In this document: in pieces, positions 18,383 through 27,205 of the stretch | How positions within the stretch are numbered: position 1 is the stretch's first letter | How the letters are laid out: the number at the start of each line of letters is the position of its first letter | Source of the DNA: Blastocatellia bacterium | GTDB lineage: Bacteria > Acidobacteriota > Blastocatellia > UBA7656 | Reading direction: 5' to 3' | NCBI GenBank assembly: GCA_963765495.1 | Contig: CAVXWP010000008.1 | Location: 256,001 to 320,000, forward strand | Length of the DNA: 64,000 nucleotides | Notes under the pieces: model-generated | Databases searched by the model: none | What the model saw: the letters and a program-made list of their open reading frames with translations, nothing else | Told to the model about the DNA's origin: nothing | Position numbers and translations under genes: made by a program

Positions 18383-20833
18383 TCATTCATATCTGAGCGC
18401 AACCATCGGGTCTACCTTTGTCGCCCGTCGCGCAGGGACGTAACAGGCCAGAAAAGCAACAAAAGCCAGCAAAACAGGTATCGAAATAAAGATCATCAGA
18501 TCTCTTGCGCTCACCCCAAAGAGGAGACTCTCCATAAGCCGGGTCAATACGACCGCCGCCCCAACCCCCAAGCCGAGGCCAATCAGGGCCAGTATCATCC
18601 CCTGACCTACGATGAGTTTTAAGATATTCCCCCGCGTAGCGCCTAGCGCCATCCTGATTCCTATTTCGTGCTTTCGCTGATTGACCGAATAACTCATGAC
18701 TCCGTAAATCCCAATGGCCGCAAGCAGCAGCGCGACGGCGGAAAATGTCCCTAGCAATACGGTGTAGAGTCGGGGCTGGGAGATTGAATCCGACACCATC
18801 TCTTGCATGGTCTTTATCTCGTAGACCGGCTGGTTGCTGTCTACGGCATATACCTGATCACGCACGCTGCGGGCGAGGCTCGTGGGGGGAGACGATGTCC
18901 GAACTACAAGAGACATAAACGGCCATGGTGTTTGCAGATAAGGCACGTACATTTCGGTCCCGGATTCCGTATCAAGCCCGGAATGTTTGACATCGCCTAC
19001 GATGCCGACAATCTCGCGGGAGTTATTGCCGCTTGATGGAATGGTCAGGTGTTTTCCCAGGGCATCCCCTTCGGGCCAGTAGGTTTTGGCCATAGTCTCG
19101 TTTAATATCACCACGCCCGGCGATCGTTCGTTGTCCTGATCGGTAAAGACCCTGCCGCTCTTGAGGGAGATGCCGATTGCCCGGAAATAATCCGGGCTGA
19201 TGCTGCGATAATTTGCCAGCAGTCTTTCATTGGGCGTAGCGGGCGGACGCCCATCAATGGTAAATCGGAGTGTGGCTTTGTCTTCGCTGAGTGGAAGCAT
19301 TATTGCCGCTCCGGCAGATTGAACACCGGGCAAAGCCTTTACCCGGTCGAGCACCTGCCCAAAGAAATCTCTGACCTGCTGGTCTTCCGAGTACTTGGAT
19401 TGCGGCAAGGTGATGCGCATTGTCAGCACGTCGTTTGGATTGAATCCGGGGTCTACATTCTGAAGCGATAAAAAGCTCTTTATCATAAGGCCTGCGCCGA
19501 TCAGAAGTACGGTTGCAAGCGAGACTTCGATTATGACAAAGATGCTCCGCAATCTGTTGCGACGAATGCCCCCGGTCGAACCCCGAGCCCCTTCTTTCAA
19601 TGTTTCATTCAAGTCGGGGCTGGATGCCTGGATTGCCGGGATGAGGCCAAAGATAATTCCGGTCAAAATCGAGATCAGGATTGTAAATCCGAGCACTTTT
19701 ATATCAATGCCGATCTCATCGAGACGGGGAATGTTGGCGGGGTTTATGGCCTTTAACAATCTGATGCCTGAGAATGCGATCAGCAATCCGAGTATGCCGC
19801 CGATGAGGCCGAGAATCAGGCTTTCGGTCATCAACTGTCTTATGAGTCGGAATCTCGTTGCGCCAAGCGCAGTTCGAATCGAAAACTCTTTTTGTCGGGC
19901 AGTGGCGCGGGCCAGCAGCAGGTTGGCTACATTTGCGCAGGCGATTAGAAGAACAAAGCCTACCGCAGCGAGCAGGATCAGCAGGGCGGGTCTTATATCG
20001 CCGATCAGGTGCTGCTCAATGGGTACGACCTGAAGGCTCACGCTTGTGTTCGTATCCTTGTACTGTTCCTCAAGACGACCTGCGATGGTCTCCATCTCTT
20101 TTTGCGCCTGCTCGCGACTGAACCCCGGTTTGAGCCGACCGATGCCGAGAAGGAATCGCGATGATCGTTTATTAATCGTATCCGGGGCCACCACAGACGG
20201 CACACGGATGGCGTCGCCTCCATCCATGGAGAGTGGAACCCATATCTCATCCTTTTTTTCGGGGGCTCGAAAATTTGCGGGAGTGATGCCTACGATGACG
20301 AAGGGCGCATCATTAAGAAGAATAGACTTGCCGACAATATCGGGGTCGGAAGCAAACCGGCGCTGCCATAAACCGTGGCTGAGGATTACTACTCGATTTG
20401 CTCCCGGCTGGTCTTCCTCCGGCAGGAATACGCGGCCATGGATGGGTGTCACTCCTAGTGTCGAGAAGAAATTGGCCGTAACGATTGACCCTGTCAGATG
20501 TTCCGGCTCTCCTTCTCCGATCAGGTTGAAATCCTGGTATGAAAAAGCGGCCAGTTGATCGAAAGCCTGGCTTTGCTTGCGATAATCCTCAAAATCAGGG
20601 ACCGAAATCGGCTGTTGATTCTTGCCGGTCTTGAGATTGTTAACCCAGACCATCATCACTTTGTCCGGCTCACCGTAAGGTAGAGGGTGGAGCAGGACCC
20701 CGTTCACTATGGAGAAGATAGCTGTATTTGCCCCGGTTCCCAATGCTAGCGCAAGCACTGCCACTATAGTAAACCCTATATTTTTGGCCAGCATTCGAAA
20801 TGAATACTTAATGTCTTGCAGTATGGTCTCCAT
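18383..20833 (-). CDS. ABC transporter permease, duplicated MacB/FtsX type (Acidobacterial ADOP-like)
   Basis: QDIKYSFRML, LALGTGANTAIFS, VLLIACANVANLLLAR, AAIGIYGVMSYSV.QR..EIGIRMALGA, RRATKVDPMVALRYE. Confidence 0.95.
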   Translation of the reverse strand: METILQDIKYSFRMLAKNIGFTIVAVLALALGTGANTAIFSIVNGVLLHPLPYGEPDKVMMVWVNNLKTGKNQQPISVPDFEDYRKQSQAFDQLAAFSYQDFNLIGEGEPEHLTGSIVTANFFSTLGVTPIHGRVFLPEEDQPGANRVVILSHGLWQRRFASDPDIVGKSILLNDAPFVIVGITPANFRAPEKKDEIWVPLSMDGGDAIRVPSVVAPDTINKRSSRFLLGIGRLKPGFSREQAQKEMETIAGRLEEQYKDTNTSVSLQVVPIEQHLIGDIRPALLILLAAVGFVLLIACANVANLLLARATARQKEFSIRTALGATRFRLIRQLMTESLILGLIGGILGLLIAFSGIRLLKAINPANIPRLDEIGIDIKVLGFTILISILTGIIFGLIPAIQASSPDLNETLKEGARGSTGGIRRNRLRSIFVIIEVSLATVLLIGAGLMIKSFLSLQNVDPGFNPNDVLTMRITLPQSKYSEDQQVRDFFGQVLDRVKALPGVQSAGAAIMLPLSEDKATLRFTIDGRPPATPNERLLANYRSISPDYFRAIGISLKSGRVFTDQDNERSPGVVILNETMAKTYWPEGDALGKHLTIPSSGNNSREIVGIVGDVKHSGLDTESGTEMYVPYLQTPWPFMSLVVRTSSPPTSLARSVRDQVYAVDSNQPVYEIKTMQEMVSDSISQPRLYTVLLGTFSAVALLLAAIGIYGVMSYSVNQRKHEIGIRMALGATRGNILKLIVGQGMILALIGLGLGVGAAVVLTRLMESLLFGVSARDLMIFISIPVLLAFVAFLACYVPARRATKVDPMVALRYE

Positions 20834-21048
20834 TCAGCCTCCAATCAGGACATTGAAAAGGGTTCATTCGGGGGAATTCTATATCTAAATTTCATCCGAC
20901 AGTCAATGTAATCAGTTTGACCGTAGGAAAGCAAACCTGGGAAAGGACGGACATTTTAGAAAACCGAAGGCCCCGGGGAGGGGGCGCTGATCTGTCTCTT
21001 TTCTACGCTACAAGACTAAGAGGGACACGTGGATTCAAACCCTATTTG

Positions 21049-22380
21049 TCAATCAGTAGCCCACATAAGCTGGCTCATTACGGATACGGCGGTCACAATC
21101 AGAATAATTATGCCTCCGGCAACAAACATAGCTGTAATATTTAGGTCAACCATGACGCCAGCCAGTGCCAGAGACGCCGGTTCGAGCAACGAGACGGCAA
21201 ACATCATTACACCGACTACTCTGCCAAGCATTCCCGATTTCGATCTGGTTTGGAGCCACGCCATAATATTGACATTCGCAAGGCCGGACCCGATGCCCAT
21301 CGCAGCCATCACAAAGACAGCTACTAAAACATTCGAGGCAAATCCCATTGCGATCATGCCAATCGAGAAGAGAATGCCGAGTCCTATCAACAATCTTCCC
21401 CGGCGACGCGGCTCTTTCATCGTTCCTGCGAGGAAGGTCCCAATTATCGTACCTCCGCCAAGGGCGGAAAATATCGTCCCGAGCGCCATTGCTCCACCCT
21501 TGTATCGCTGGTCAGATAGTGCGGTTATGCCTACCGATAGCGGGCCTGTGAATGAGAATTCCATCACAGCAATGAAAAACATTAGGGCGCGAAGCACAGG
21601 GTCTTTCCAGGCATAGCGCGCCCCTTCAATTACGGAGGACATCAATTCCCTGAATGGATTCCGATTCTGTATTACGGGCTCTTCTTCAAAAGGAGGAGCA
21701 TCATTTTCGGGCGGAGCCACGGTATTGGGAATCCCTCTCATCATCCAGAGGCAAAGGGCTGAAATGATAAATGTAAGGGCGTCGGTCGCGAATGCTACAC
21801 CGTTATTTGTGGCTTCGATCACGAACCCGGCAAGCGCCGGTCCAACAAAACTCATGATTCGTCTTGACCCCTGGAGGAGGGAGTTGGCAGGGGTTAACCG
21901 CTCTCTTGGAATCAGCAGGGGTACGGCCGCCATGTAGGCGGGGAAGAAGAACGCGTCTACGCAACCAAACACGATGGCGAGGAGATATAGATGCCAGAGC
22001 TTGAGGCTTTCCATCAGAATTAAGACCATTACTGCTGCCATAAGTAAGGCGCGGACCACATCAGAGACCAGCATTAGCGTTCTTGGTGAGACCCGATCGC
22101 TAATAGCTCCAGCCAGAAGCTGGAAAACCGCCCGTGTGATCCCGGTTGCCATAAGCACTGTGCCCACCGCAATCCCGGACCCGGTCAATTGCAGTGTCAG
22201 CCATGGCAATGCGATAAGATAAAACTTGTCGCCAAAGACCGAAATAACCTGCCCGACCCACAGCAAACGAAAATTCGGAATTGTGAGCGGCTGCCAAAGC
22301 GGCAAACCTCGCAATCGTCCGATGTATGAACTCCTGGGCGGCGGTTCATCTTCACCTGAGTACCTTTGGGAACCCGTCAT
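21049..22380 (-). CDS. MFS transporter (DHA3/EntS/MefA-like exporter)
   Basis: NFRLLWVGQVIS.FGD, G.ISDR..PR, about 12 hydrophobic segments. Start chosen at MTGSQ (RBS CAGGAG). Confidence 0.9.
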   Translation of the reverse strand: MTGSQRYSGEDEPPPRSSYIGRLRGLPLWQPLTIPNFRLLWVGQVISVFGDKFYLIALPWLTLQLTGSGIAVGTVLMATGITRAVFQLLAGAISDRVSPRTLMLVSDVVRALLMAAVMVLILMESLKLWHLYLLAIVFGCVDAFFFPAYMAAVPLLIPRERLTPANSLLQGSRRIMSFVGPALAGFVIEATNNGVAFATDALTFIISALCLWMMRGIPNTVAPPENDAPPFEEEPVIQNRNPFRELMSSVIEGARYAWKDPVLRALMFFIAVMEFSFTGPLSVGITALSDQRYKGGAMALGTIFSALGGGTIIGTFLAGTMKEPRRRGRLLIGLGILFSIGMIAMGFASNVLVAVFVMAAMGIGSGLANVNIMAWLQTRSKSGMLGRVVGVMMFAVSLLEPASLALAGVMVDLNITAMFVAGGIIILIVTAVSVMSQLMWATD

Positions 22381-22499
22381 GGATTTGGGGCAACTCCTGT
22401 TGGCAGTCAAAAGATAAGCCTCCTCCCGAGGCTCTCCCTAAGCGGGAAGGGTCACTAGAAATCTTTGAAACAACGAATTAAATTAGTATCGTCTTGCTA

Positions 22500-25046
22500 C
22501 TAGAACAACCACAATTCGGGCCTTAGCGCCTGCCATACCTTGTTGGCCAGAATCAACCCTATTGATTTTCGGCCAAAGCTGATGCGAGCATAGCCGGTCA
22601 TCCCCGGGCGGAGGATCCCTTCAGAATTATCAACAACCACTTCGACGGGATAGAAGTTTTGCCCCAACTGGTTTGGAGCGGGTTCAGCATTTATTTTTGA
22701 GACGCGCCCTGTAAATGTGCGTCCCGGGACAGTCTTCAGCTTGAATCGAACCGGGGAGTCCATCCGCACATCTGCGATCTCGCGCTCGCTCACTTCTATT
22801 CTGAGCAGGAAGTCCGCAAGTTCGCCTATGCGGCAAACCTCTTCGCCCCGGCTGTAGTGCTTTCCAACCTGGCGTCGCAAATCATCGCCAAGGACTACGC
22901 CTGCGCGCTCGGCGACAAGGTTCATCCCCTGATACTGCCGGTCAAGCAGATCGCGTCGCTGCTTGAGCGATTCGAGCTCTCCGCGATTGGCGTGGAGATC
23001 GGCTATGAGCGCCTCAAAGCTTGACTGCGCCGCCCGCGCTTCGGTTTCAGCGACAAGCGAGGTCGTTTCGGCACCGCTCGCCTGGCGGCGATGCTCGACT
23101 AAAGCGGCCTCAAGCCGGGCGCGTGCTGCCTGTTCTTCTTTTTCAGAAATCTTCATTGCCGCGACCGCTCTATCTAGTTGTTGCTCGCCCACAAGTCCCT
23201 CGGAGAGCAGTCTCTTGTATCGCTCAACCTCTCGCCTGTTGAATTCCATTTCGGTCTGTTTCAACTCGATCTCAGACTGCATGACTTTTAGCGAGGCGGG
23301 AAGGGAAGATGCCCGACGGGTTTGCCATTCATTGATCTGGCTTGTCTCTTCTTTCAACTCCCCGGCCATTCGCTTTCGCTCAACCTCTTTGAAATTGGCC
23401 GAAAGCATCAGCTCGCTGCGCACTCTCAACTCGTCTTCGAGCCGGGTTGCATTTGTGCTCAGTCTTTCGATTTCCGCATTGAGTTGCGTGAGGCGATCCT
23501 CGATTTCAGGATTTGAAAGATGGGCTAATTTTGTTCCGATCGCGATTATGTCCCCTGGCGCAACGAAGACCTCGGAAAGCACGCCGTCGGTGTTGGCACG
23601 GGCAACTTCTTCGCGTCCCGGCGGTAATAGCAAGGCGCAATCACTTCCCGTAGACGCTTCCCACGGCGCAATAAGGGCCGTTATTATCAGCAGCGCGGCG
23701 AAAATCTTGATTGCCTGTCGGCGGGTAGGAAACCGACTCTTCCCGTCCCCTTCGGTTTTGTCCTTCGTCTCCTGATCTCCTCTCTCTCTCTCCGTTTGAG
23801 CAGACATCTTTGATTCTCCTTCCTGCCGACCTTGCCCTAGCGTCCTGAAGGCTGCCTTCGCTGCGGGCTTCCACCATTTTTCTGTAAGCAAAATAGCAAG
23901 AATCACGGTAAAGAGCACGCCGATCGGCCCCAGACCGCTCATCAATTTCTCTCCGGCCCAGCGTAAAATAAACCATATTAAAATTATTGAGTAGAGGATT
24001 GAGCAAACCCAATAAATCGAATAAAGAAGGGGTCGGTCGGGCTCTATCCTCTGCGCCGGTCGCTGGCCTGCGATCCGTCCGTAAAGCGATTTCATATATT
24101 CGGAGGATCGGGTCTGAAGGTTTTGCACGCCCAGGGCTTGTGAGAGCGCATAGTATCCGTCAAGTTTGATGAGCGGGTTGCAGTTTATAATGATGTTAAA
24201 AGTCCCGCCTAAAAATACTAAAAAGCAAAAATCCGCAAGAAGCGAATAGGGCGTTGCCACAAGCCAGATCAAGGCGCCCAGGGCGCTGATCGAGAGTTGC
24301 CAGTAGATGCCCGCAAATATTACCCACAACCTCTCGGTTCTTCTGCCGAAGCGATAAATATCGGTTACATTGCAATAGAAGGCAGGCAGCACATAGTAAA
24401 TCATCAGGACTCCGACTTCGCGGACGTCTCCCCCGAAGTGTTTGCAGGCGAGCCCGTGCGCAAGTTCATGGAGCGCAGTGATGGTCAGCGTGATCGCGAG
24501 TATCGTCGCCAGACCATATTCGGAATAGGTATAGGATGTATATGAAGAGACTTCACCCGAATTGCTCAACATCAGGAAGGTCGCAAGTATCATCAAAACA
24601 AATGAGGCTGTTATAAAGGGCCTAGTCATTGCCCATCCCAACCTTTTATCCATCCATCCAAGTAATCGGTCAGGGTTGAAGAGGTGGAATTTTATGTATA
24701 ACCCTCGCCCCTGTTTGCCGGAGGAATCGGGCTGTAAGTCGCCGCCTCGTTCAAGCAGTCCAAGGTCATCGAGTTTTGTGAGGAATTTTGAAAGCGCGAT
24801 TGAGGATACGCGTGGGCCGGTTCCTGTTCGTCCTCCGCGAGCGACCTCGGATGGCGTCTGTGTGCCGTCGAACTGGCAGAATACTCTGTACTCAGGAGTC
24901 TTGAGGAGGAAGTAACGAGAAGTGACTGAATTCCTGATTACATAGCGGATCATACCCTCTTCCACCTGTTCGGTAACGTCTACCGAATCCGACACACGCG
25001 GGGGGAAACAGCAGTAGAGTCCAGTTTTTTCATCGGGTCCATGCAT
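22500..25046 (-). CDS. Fusion of a PqqD/RRE-like N-domain, an M50 (site-2) zinc metallopeptidase and a HlyD-type periplasmic adaptor
   Basis: N-terminal YVIRNSVTSRYF...FDGTQT...FLTKLDDLGLL; LHELAH (HExxH); NCNPLIKLDG (NxxPxxxxDG); lipoyl halves, long coiled coil and LRPGMTG C-terminus. Confidence 0.9.
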   Translation of the reverse strand: MHGPDEKTGLYCCFPPRVSDSVDVTEQVEEGMIRYVIRNSVTSRYFLLKTPEYRVFCQFDGTQTPSEVARGGRTGTGPRVSSIALSKFLTKLDDLGLLERGGDLQPDSSGKQGRGLYIKFHLFNPDRLLGWMDKRLGWAMTRPFITASFVLMILATFLMLSNSGEVSSYTSYTYSEYGLATILAITLTITALHELAHGLACKHFGGDVREVGVLMIYYVLPAFYCNVTDIYRFGRRTERLWVIFAGIYWQLSISALGALIWLVATPYSLLADFCFLVFLGGTFNIIINCNPLIKLDGYYALSQALGVQNLQTRSSEYMKSLYGRIAGQRPAQRIEPDRPLLYSIYWVCSILYSIILIWFILRWAGEKLMSGLGPIGVLFTVILAILLTEKWWKPAAKAAFRTLGQGRQEGESKMSAQTERERGDQETKDKTEGDGKSRFPTRRQAIKIFAALLIITALIAPWEASTGSDCALLLPPGREEVARANTDGVLSEVFVAPGDIIAIGTKLAHLSNPEIEDRLTQLNAEIERLSTNATRLEDELRVRSELMLSANFKEVERKRMAGELKEETSQINEWQTRRASSLPASLKVMQSEIELKQTEMEFNRREVERYKRLLSEGLVGEQQLDRAVAAMKISEKEEQAARARLEAALVEHRRQASGAETTSLVAETEARAAQSSFEALIADLHANRGELESLKQRRDLLDRQYQGMNLVAERAGVVLGDDLRRQVGKHYSRGEEVCRIGELADFLLRIEVSEREIADVRMDSPVRFKLKTVPGRTFTGRVSKINAEPAPNQLGQNFYPVEVVVDNSEGILRPGMTGYARISFGRKSIGLILANKVWQALRPELWLF

Positions 25047-25213
25047 GTACAGGCAGCCTTATAACACAAAGTAAAAGAGCGCGGAAGCCGGGGATTTCAA
25101 ATTGGTTTCTGTCAGAATTTCTTTGCGCCTGACGAAACCAAATCCAATCCTCGTTCCGCGCCCCTCGCCAGTACCGATCAATCAGTAAAGGCTTGCTTTG
25201 ATCGAGAACTTGA

Positions 25214-25306
25214 TTAATCGCTGAGCAGAAAACCCGGCGCCACAACCTGTTCCATCTCTTCGATTTCCATCTCATCAATAATCAATTCGTTTCTTTCGTC
25301 GGTCAT
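25214..25306 (-). CDS. Putative precursor peptide A3, 30 aa: MTDERNELIIDEMEIEEMEQVVAPGFLLSD
   Basis: RBS AAGGAG, ATG at 25306, TAA; paralogous to the two adjacent sORFs. Confidence 0.9.
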   Translation of the reverse strand: MTDERNELIIDEMEIEEMEQVVAPGFLLSD

Positions 25307-25347
25307 GATCTTCTCCTTTTGATTTAAGCAGTCTATGTATTGATAAT

Positions 25348-25378
25348 TGCTGCGCGTCGGTGTCGCGATGACGCGCAG
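25348..25378. repeat. Conserved hairpin copy 1, downstream of peptide A2
   Basis: CTGCGCGTC...GACGCGCAG; 27/29 identical to 25519-25547. Confidence 0.8.
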
Positions 25379-25389
25379 GTATAAGCGAA

Positions 25390-25482
25390 TCAGTTGCTGA
25401 TCAACATACCCGGAGCTTCGATCTGCTCCATCTCTTCGATTACCATCTCTTCAAGGATCACTTCGTTTCTTTCGTCAGTCAT
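25390..25482 (-). CDS. Putative precursor peptide A2, 30 aa: MTDERNEVILEEMVIEEMEQIEAPGMLISN
   Basis: RBS AAGGAGG, ATG at 25482, TGA. Confidence 0.9.
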   Translation of the reverse strand: MTDERNEVILEEMVIEEMEQIEAPGMLISN

Positions 25483-25518
25483 GGCGTCCTCCTTTTTAAT
25501 GTTTTCGGTCGGGAAAAG

Positions 25519-25547
25519 TGCTGCGCGCCAGTGTCGCGATGACGCGC
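25519..25547. repeat. Conserved hairpin copy 2, downstream of peptide A1
   Basis: TGCTGCGCGCCAGTGTCGCGATGACGCGC. Confidence 0.8.
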
Positions 25548-25558
25548 TATAAAATAAA

Positions 25559-25657
25559 CTAGTCGCTGATCAACATGCCCGGAGCTTCGATCTGCTCCAT
25601 CTCTTCTATGTTAAGCTCGGTTACGAGTACGGCTTCGTTGTTTCTTTCGTCAGTCAT
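25559..25657 (-). CDS. Putative precursor peptide A1, 32 aa: MTDERNNEAVLVTELNIEEMEQIEAPGMLISD
   Basis: RBS AAGGAG, ATG at 25657, TAG. Confidence 0.9.
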   Translation of the reverse strand: MTDERNNEAVLVTELNIEEMEQIEAPGMLISD

Positions 25658-25716
25658 GATGTTCTCCTTCTGAATTTTAGGTTTTTCTTATTACTGCGTG
25701 TTACATCCTGTTGTAG

Positions 25717-25732
25717 TGCAACAGTCGTGCCA
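25717..25732 (-). promoter_or_regulatory. Sigma54 (-24/-12) promoter for the peptide operon
   Basis: Minus strand TGGCACGACTGTTGCA matches TGGCACG-N4-TTGCW with exact GG-N10-GC spacing, 60 bp upstream of the first ATG. Confidence 0.9.
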
Positions 25733-25771
25733 CTCTTTTACATCTTCGAACTCTGATGTCTTTCTATGCAG

Positions 25772-25784
25772 TTTCAATGACTTA
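25772..25784 (+). promoter_or_regulatory. IHF-like site
   Basis: TTTCAATGACTTA versus consensus WATCAANNNNTTR (1 mismatch), lying between the promoter and the enhancer boxes. Confidence 0.5.
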
Positions 25785-25819
25785 GCCCGATTGGCGAGAA
25801 CTACCTGATTTCACTCGGA

Positions 25820-25924
25820 GTGTGAACCAGATACACACATTAGAAGCGCATTCCCGTATTTGTTGCAAATAAAAGGTGATAGTGGCAGTGTGTAGCAGCT
25901 ACACACCTGTGAATCTGCTACACA
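25820..25924. promoter_or_regulatory. Three palindromic boxes, candidate enhancer-binding-protein UAS
   Basis: GTGTGAACCAGATACACAC (25820-25838), GTGTGTAGCAGCTACACAC (25888-25906, perfect palindrome), TGTGAATCTGCTACACA (25908-25924). Confidence 0.7.
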
Positions 25925-26094
25925 TTACCGAAGCCCCCGAAATTGATGTGATTTGAATGGCCAAACGGGTGACCAGGGGAGAAGAACTTAGAGCAGGTAA
26001 GAGCACATCACAGAGAAAATCCTTTGCCAGTCCCGTCGATCTTATATAGAATCAGATCAACCCCCTCAAAGTTTAGCCCCTTCGGAGATAGACT

Positions 26095-26400
26095 ATGAGC
26101 GTTTTGCCGTATAGGGATGGTCTGTTTGAAAGTTTTGAAAAGCTCGTCGAGATAAAGATTTGTAGTATGCCTGCCAGCGTTCCAGAAAATAATAAGCTGC
26201 TTCGCTGCTTTCAATATATAAAGATGGACACGGTTTCGCTTGGCGACTATTGCTGGAATGGCGACTGTACAAACTGCCAGATATGGTACAGGGCTGAGAA
26301 TGGCGAAGTTAAGTCTGCACTTGCCTGCAAAATGTATGTGCGGCCCGGGCTCGATATAACAGCCGTAAGCGCAAATTTGAGATTTGATTTGACTGAGTGA
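26095..26400 (+). CDS. Small 2Fe-2S cluster-binding protein
   Basis: CWNGDCTNC...ALAC ligand pattern. Confidence 0.8.
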   Translation: MSVLPYRDGLFESFEKLVEIKICSMPASVPENNKLLRCFQYIKMDTVSLGDYCWNGDCTNCQIWYRAENGEVKSALACKMYVRPGLDITAVSANLRFDLTE

Positions 26401-26403
26401 TCT

Positions 26404-27042
26404 CTATTGTGCGGGTTTGAACAGGAAACGGTGAATCATGTCACTAAGAGCGTTTATAGCGCTTTCCTTGTCAAATTCTCCGATCCCCGTCACATAATAC
26501 TGGGAGAGATCAAAGACCGCGCGTTGTACGACAAAGGCTGCGGCATCGACATCGATCTGCTGTGTAAGACCGGCTTTTTGAGCCAGAGAAATCAACTCTC
26601 TGAGTCTGGAAATGGACCTCCCCATAATGGCTCTCTGTCTTTCGGCAAACTCCGCATCCTTCAGGACGAGTTCACAGATTACCCGATGAAGACCGGCATT
26701 CTTTTGTTTGTCCTCGATTGCGTGAAGGACAGCCTGTCTTATGCGCGGCCTCAGTTCGGGGTCAAAAAGGTCTTCGGGTCTCAGGGTGGCAAAGGTATTC
26801 TTAAACAACTCGTCGGCAAGCCGATCAAAGATGGTCAGAAGCAACTGCCGTTTGTCATTAAAGTAGACATAAAAGGAACCGACGCTTACCCCTGCTTCGG
26901 CTGCAATATCATTCGATGTGGTCTTTTCAAATCCGCGTTCCTCGAATAGTTCCGTAGCTGCAAGGATGATCTTTTCCTTTGTCTGTTTGCTCCTGGCCTG
27001 CTTTGGATCACTCGGAATGCTTACTATAATTGCCTCACCCAT
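26404..27042 (-). CDS. TetR/AcrR family transcriptional regulator
   Basis: KIILAATELFEERGFEKTT..DIAAEAGVSVGSFYVYF HTH. Start at MGEAII (RBS AGGAG). Confidence 0.93.
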   Translation of the reverse strand: MGEAIIVSIPSDPKQARSKQTKEKIILAATELFEERGFEKTTSNDIAAEAGVSVGSFYVYFNDKRQLLLTIFDRLADELFKNTFATLRPEDLFDPELRPRIRQAVLHAIEDKQKNAGLHRVICELVLKDAEFAERQRAIMGRSISRLRELISLAQKAGLTQQIDVDAAAFVVQRAVFDLSQYYVTGIGEFDKESAINALSDMIHRFLFKPAQ

Positions 27043-27205
27043 GTTTTCTCCTAAATGATGATTTATTTCCAAGATCGGGAGGCAATTATATAACACCTGA
27101 TGCGGAGTTCAAAATAGTTCCTAACAATTTGAAGATAAACTCGATAAACAGCCTGAGAATTTGAGTTCATATTCAATCAGAGGAAAGCGAGCAACAAGAC
27201 CCGCA

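Noticed and set aside
25030-25278. ORF-track 82-aa ORF (MMRWKSK...)
   Set aside because: It overlaps peptide A3 in another frame and has no convincing RBS; A3 is supported by its RBS and paralogy.
25214-25657. Assignment of the peptides to daptides, lasso peptides or lanthipeptides
   Set aside because: There is no C-terminal Thr, no Cys and only a six-residue tail, and the class-defining enzymes are absent from the window.
6462-25657. The tailoring cassette as the modifier of the peptides (one large BGC)
   Set aside because: The two are separated by a tRNA, a terminator and an oppositely oriented gene, and no cassette enzyme shows an RRE. It remains possible but is unsupported.
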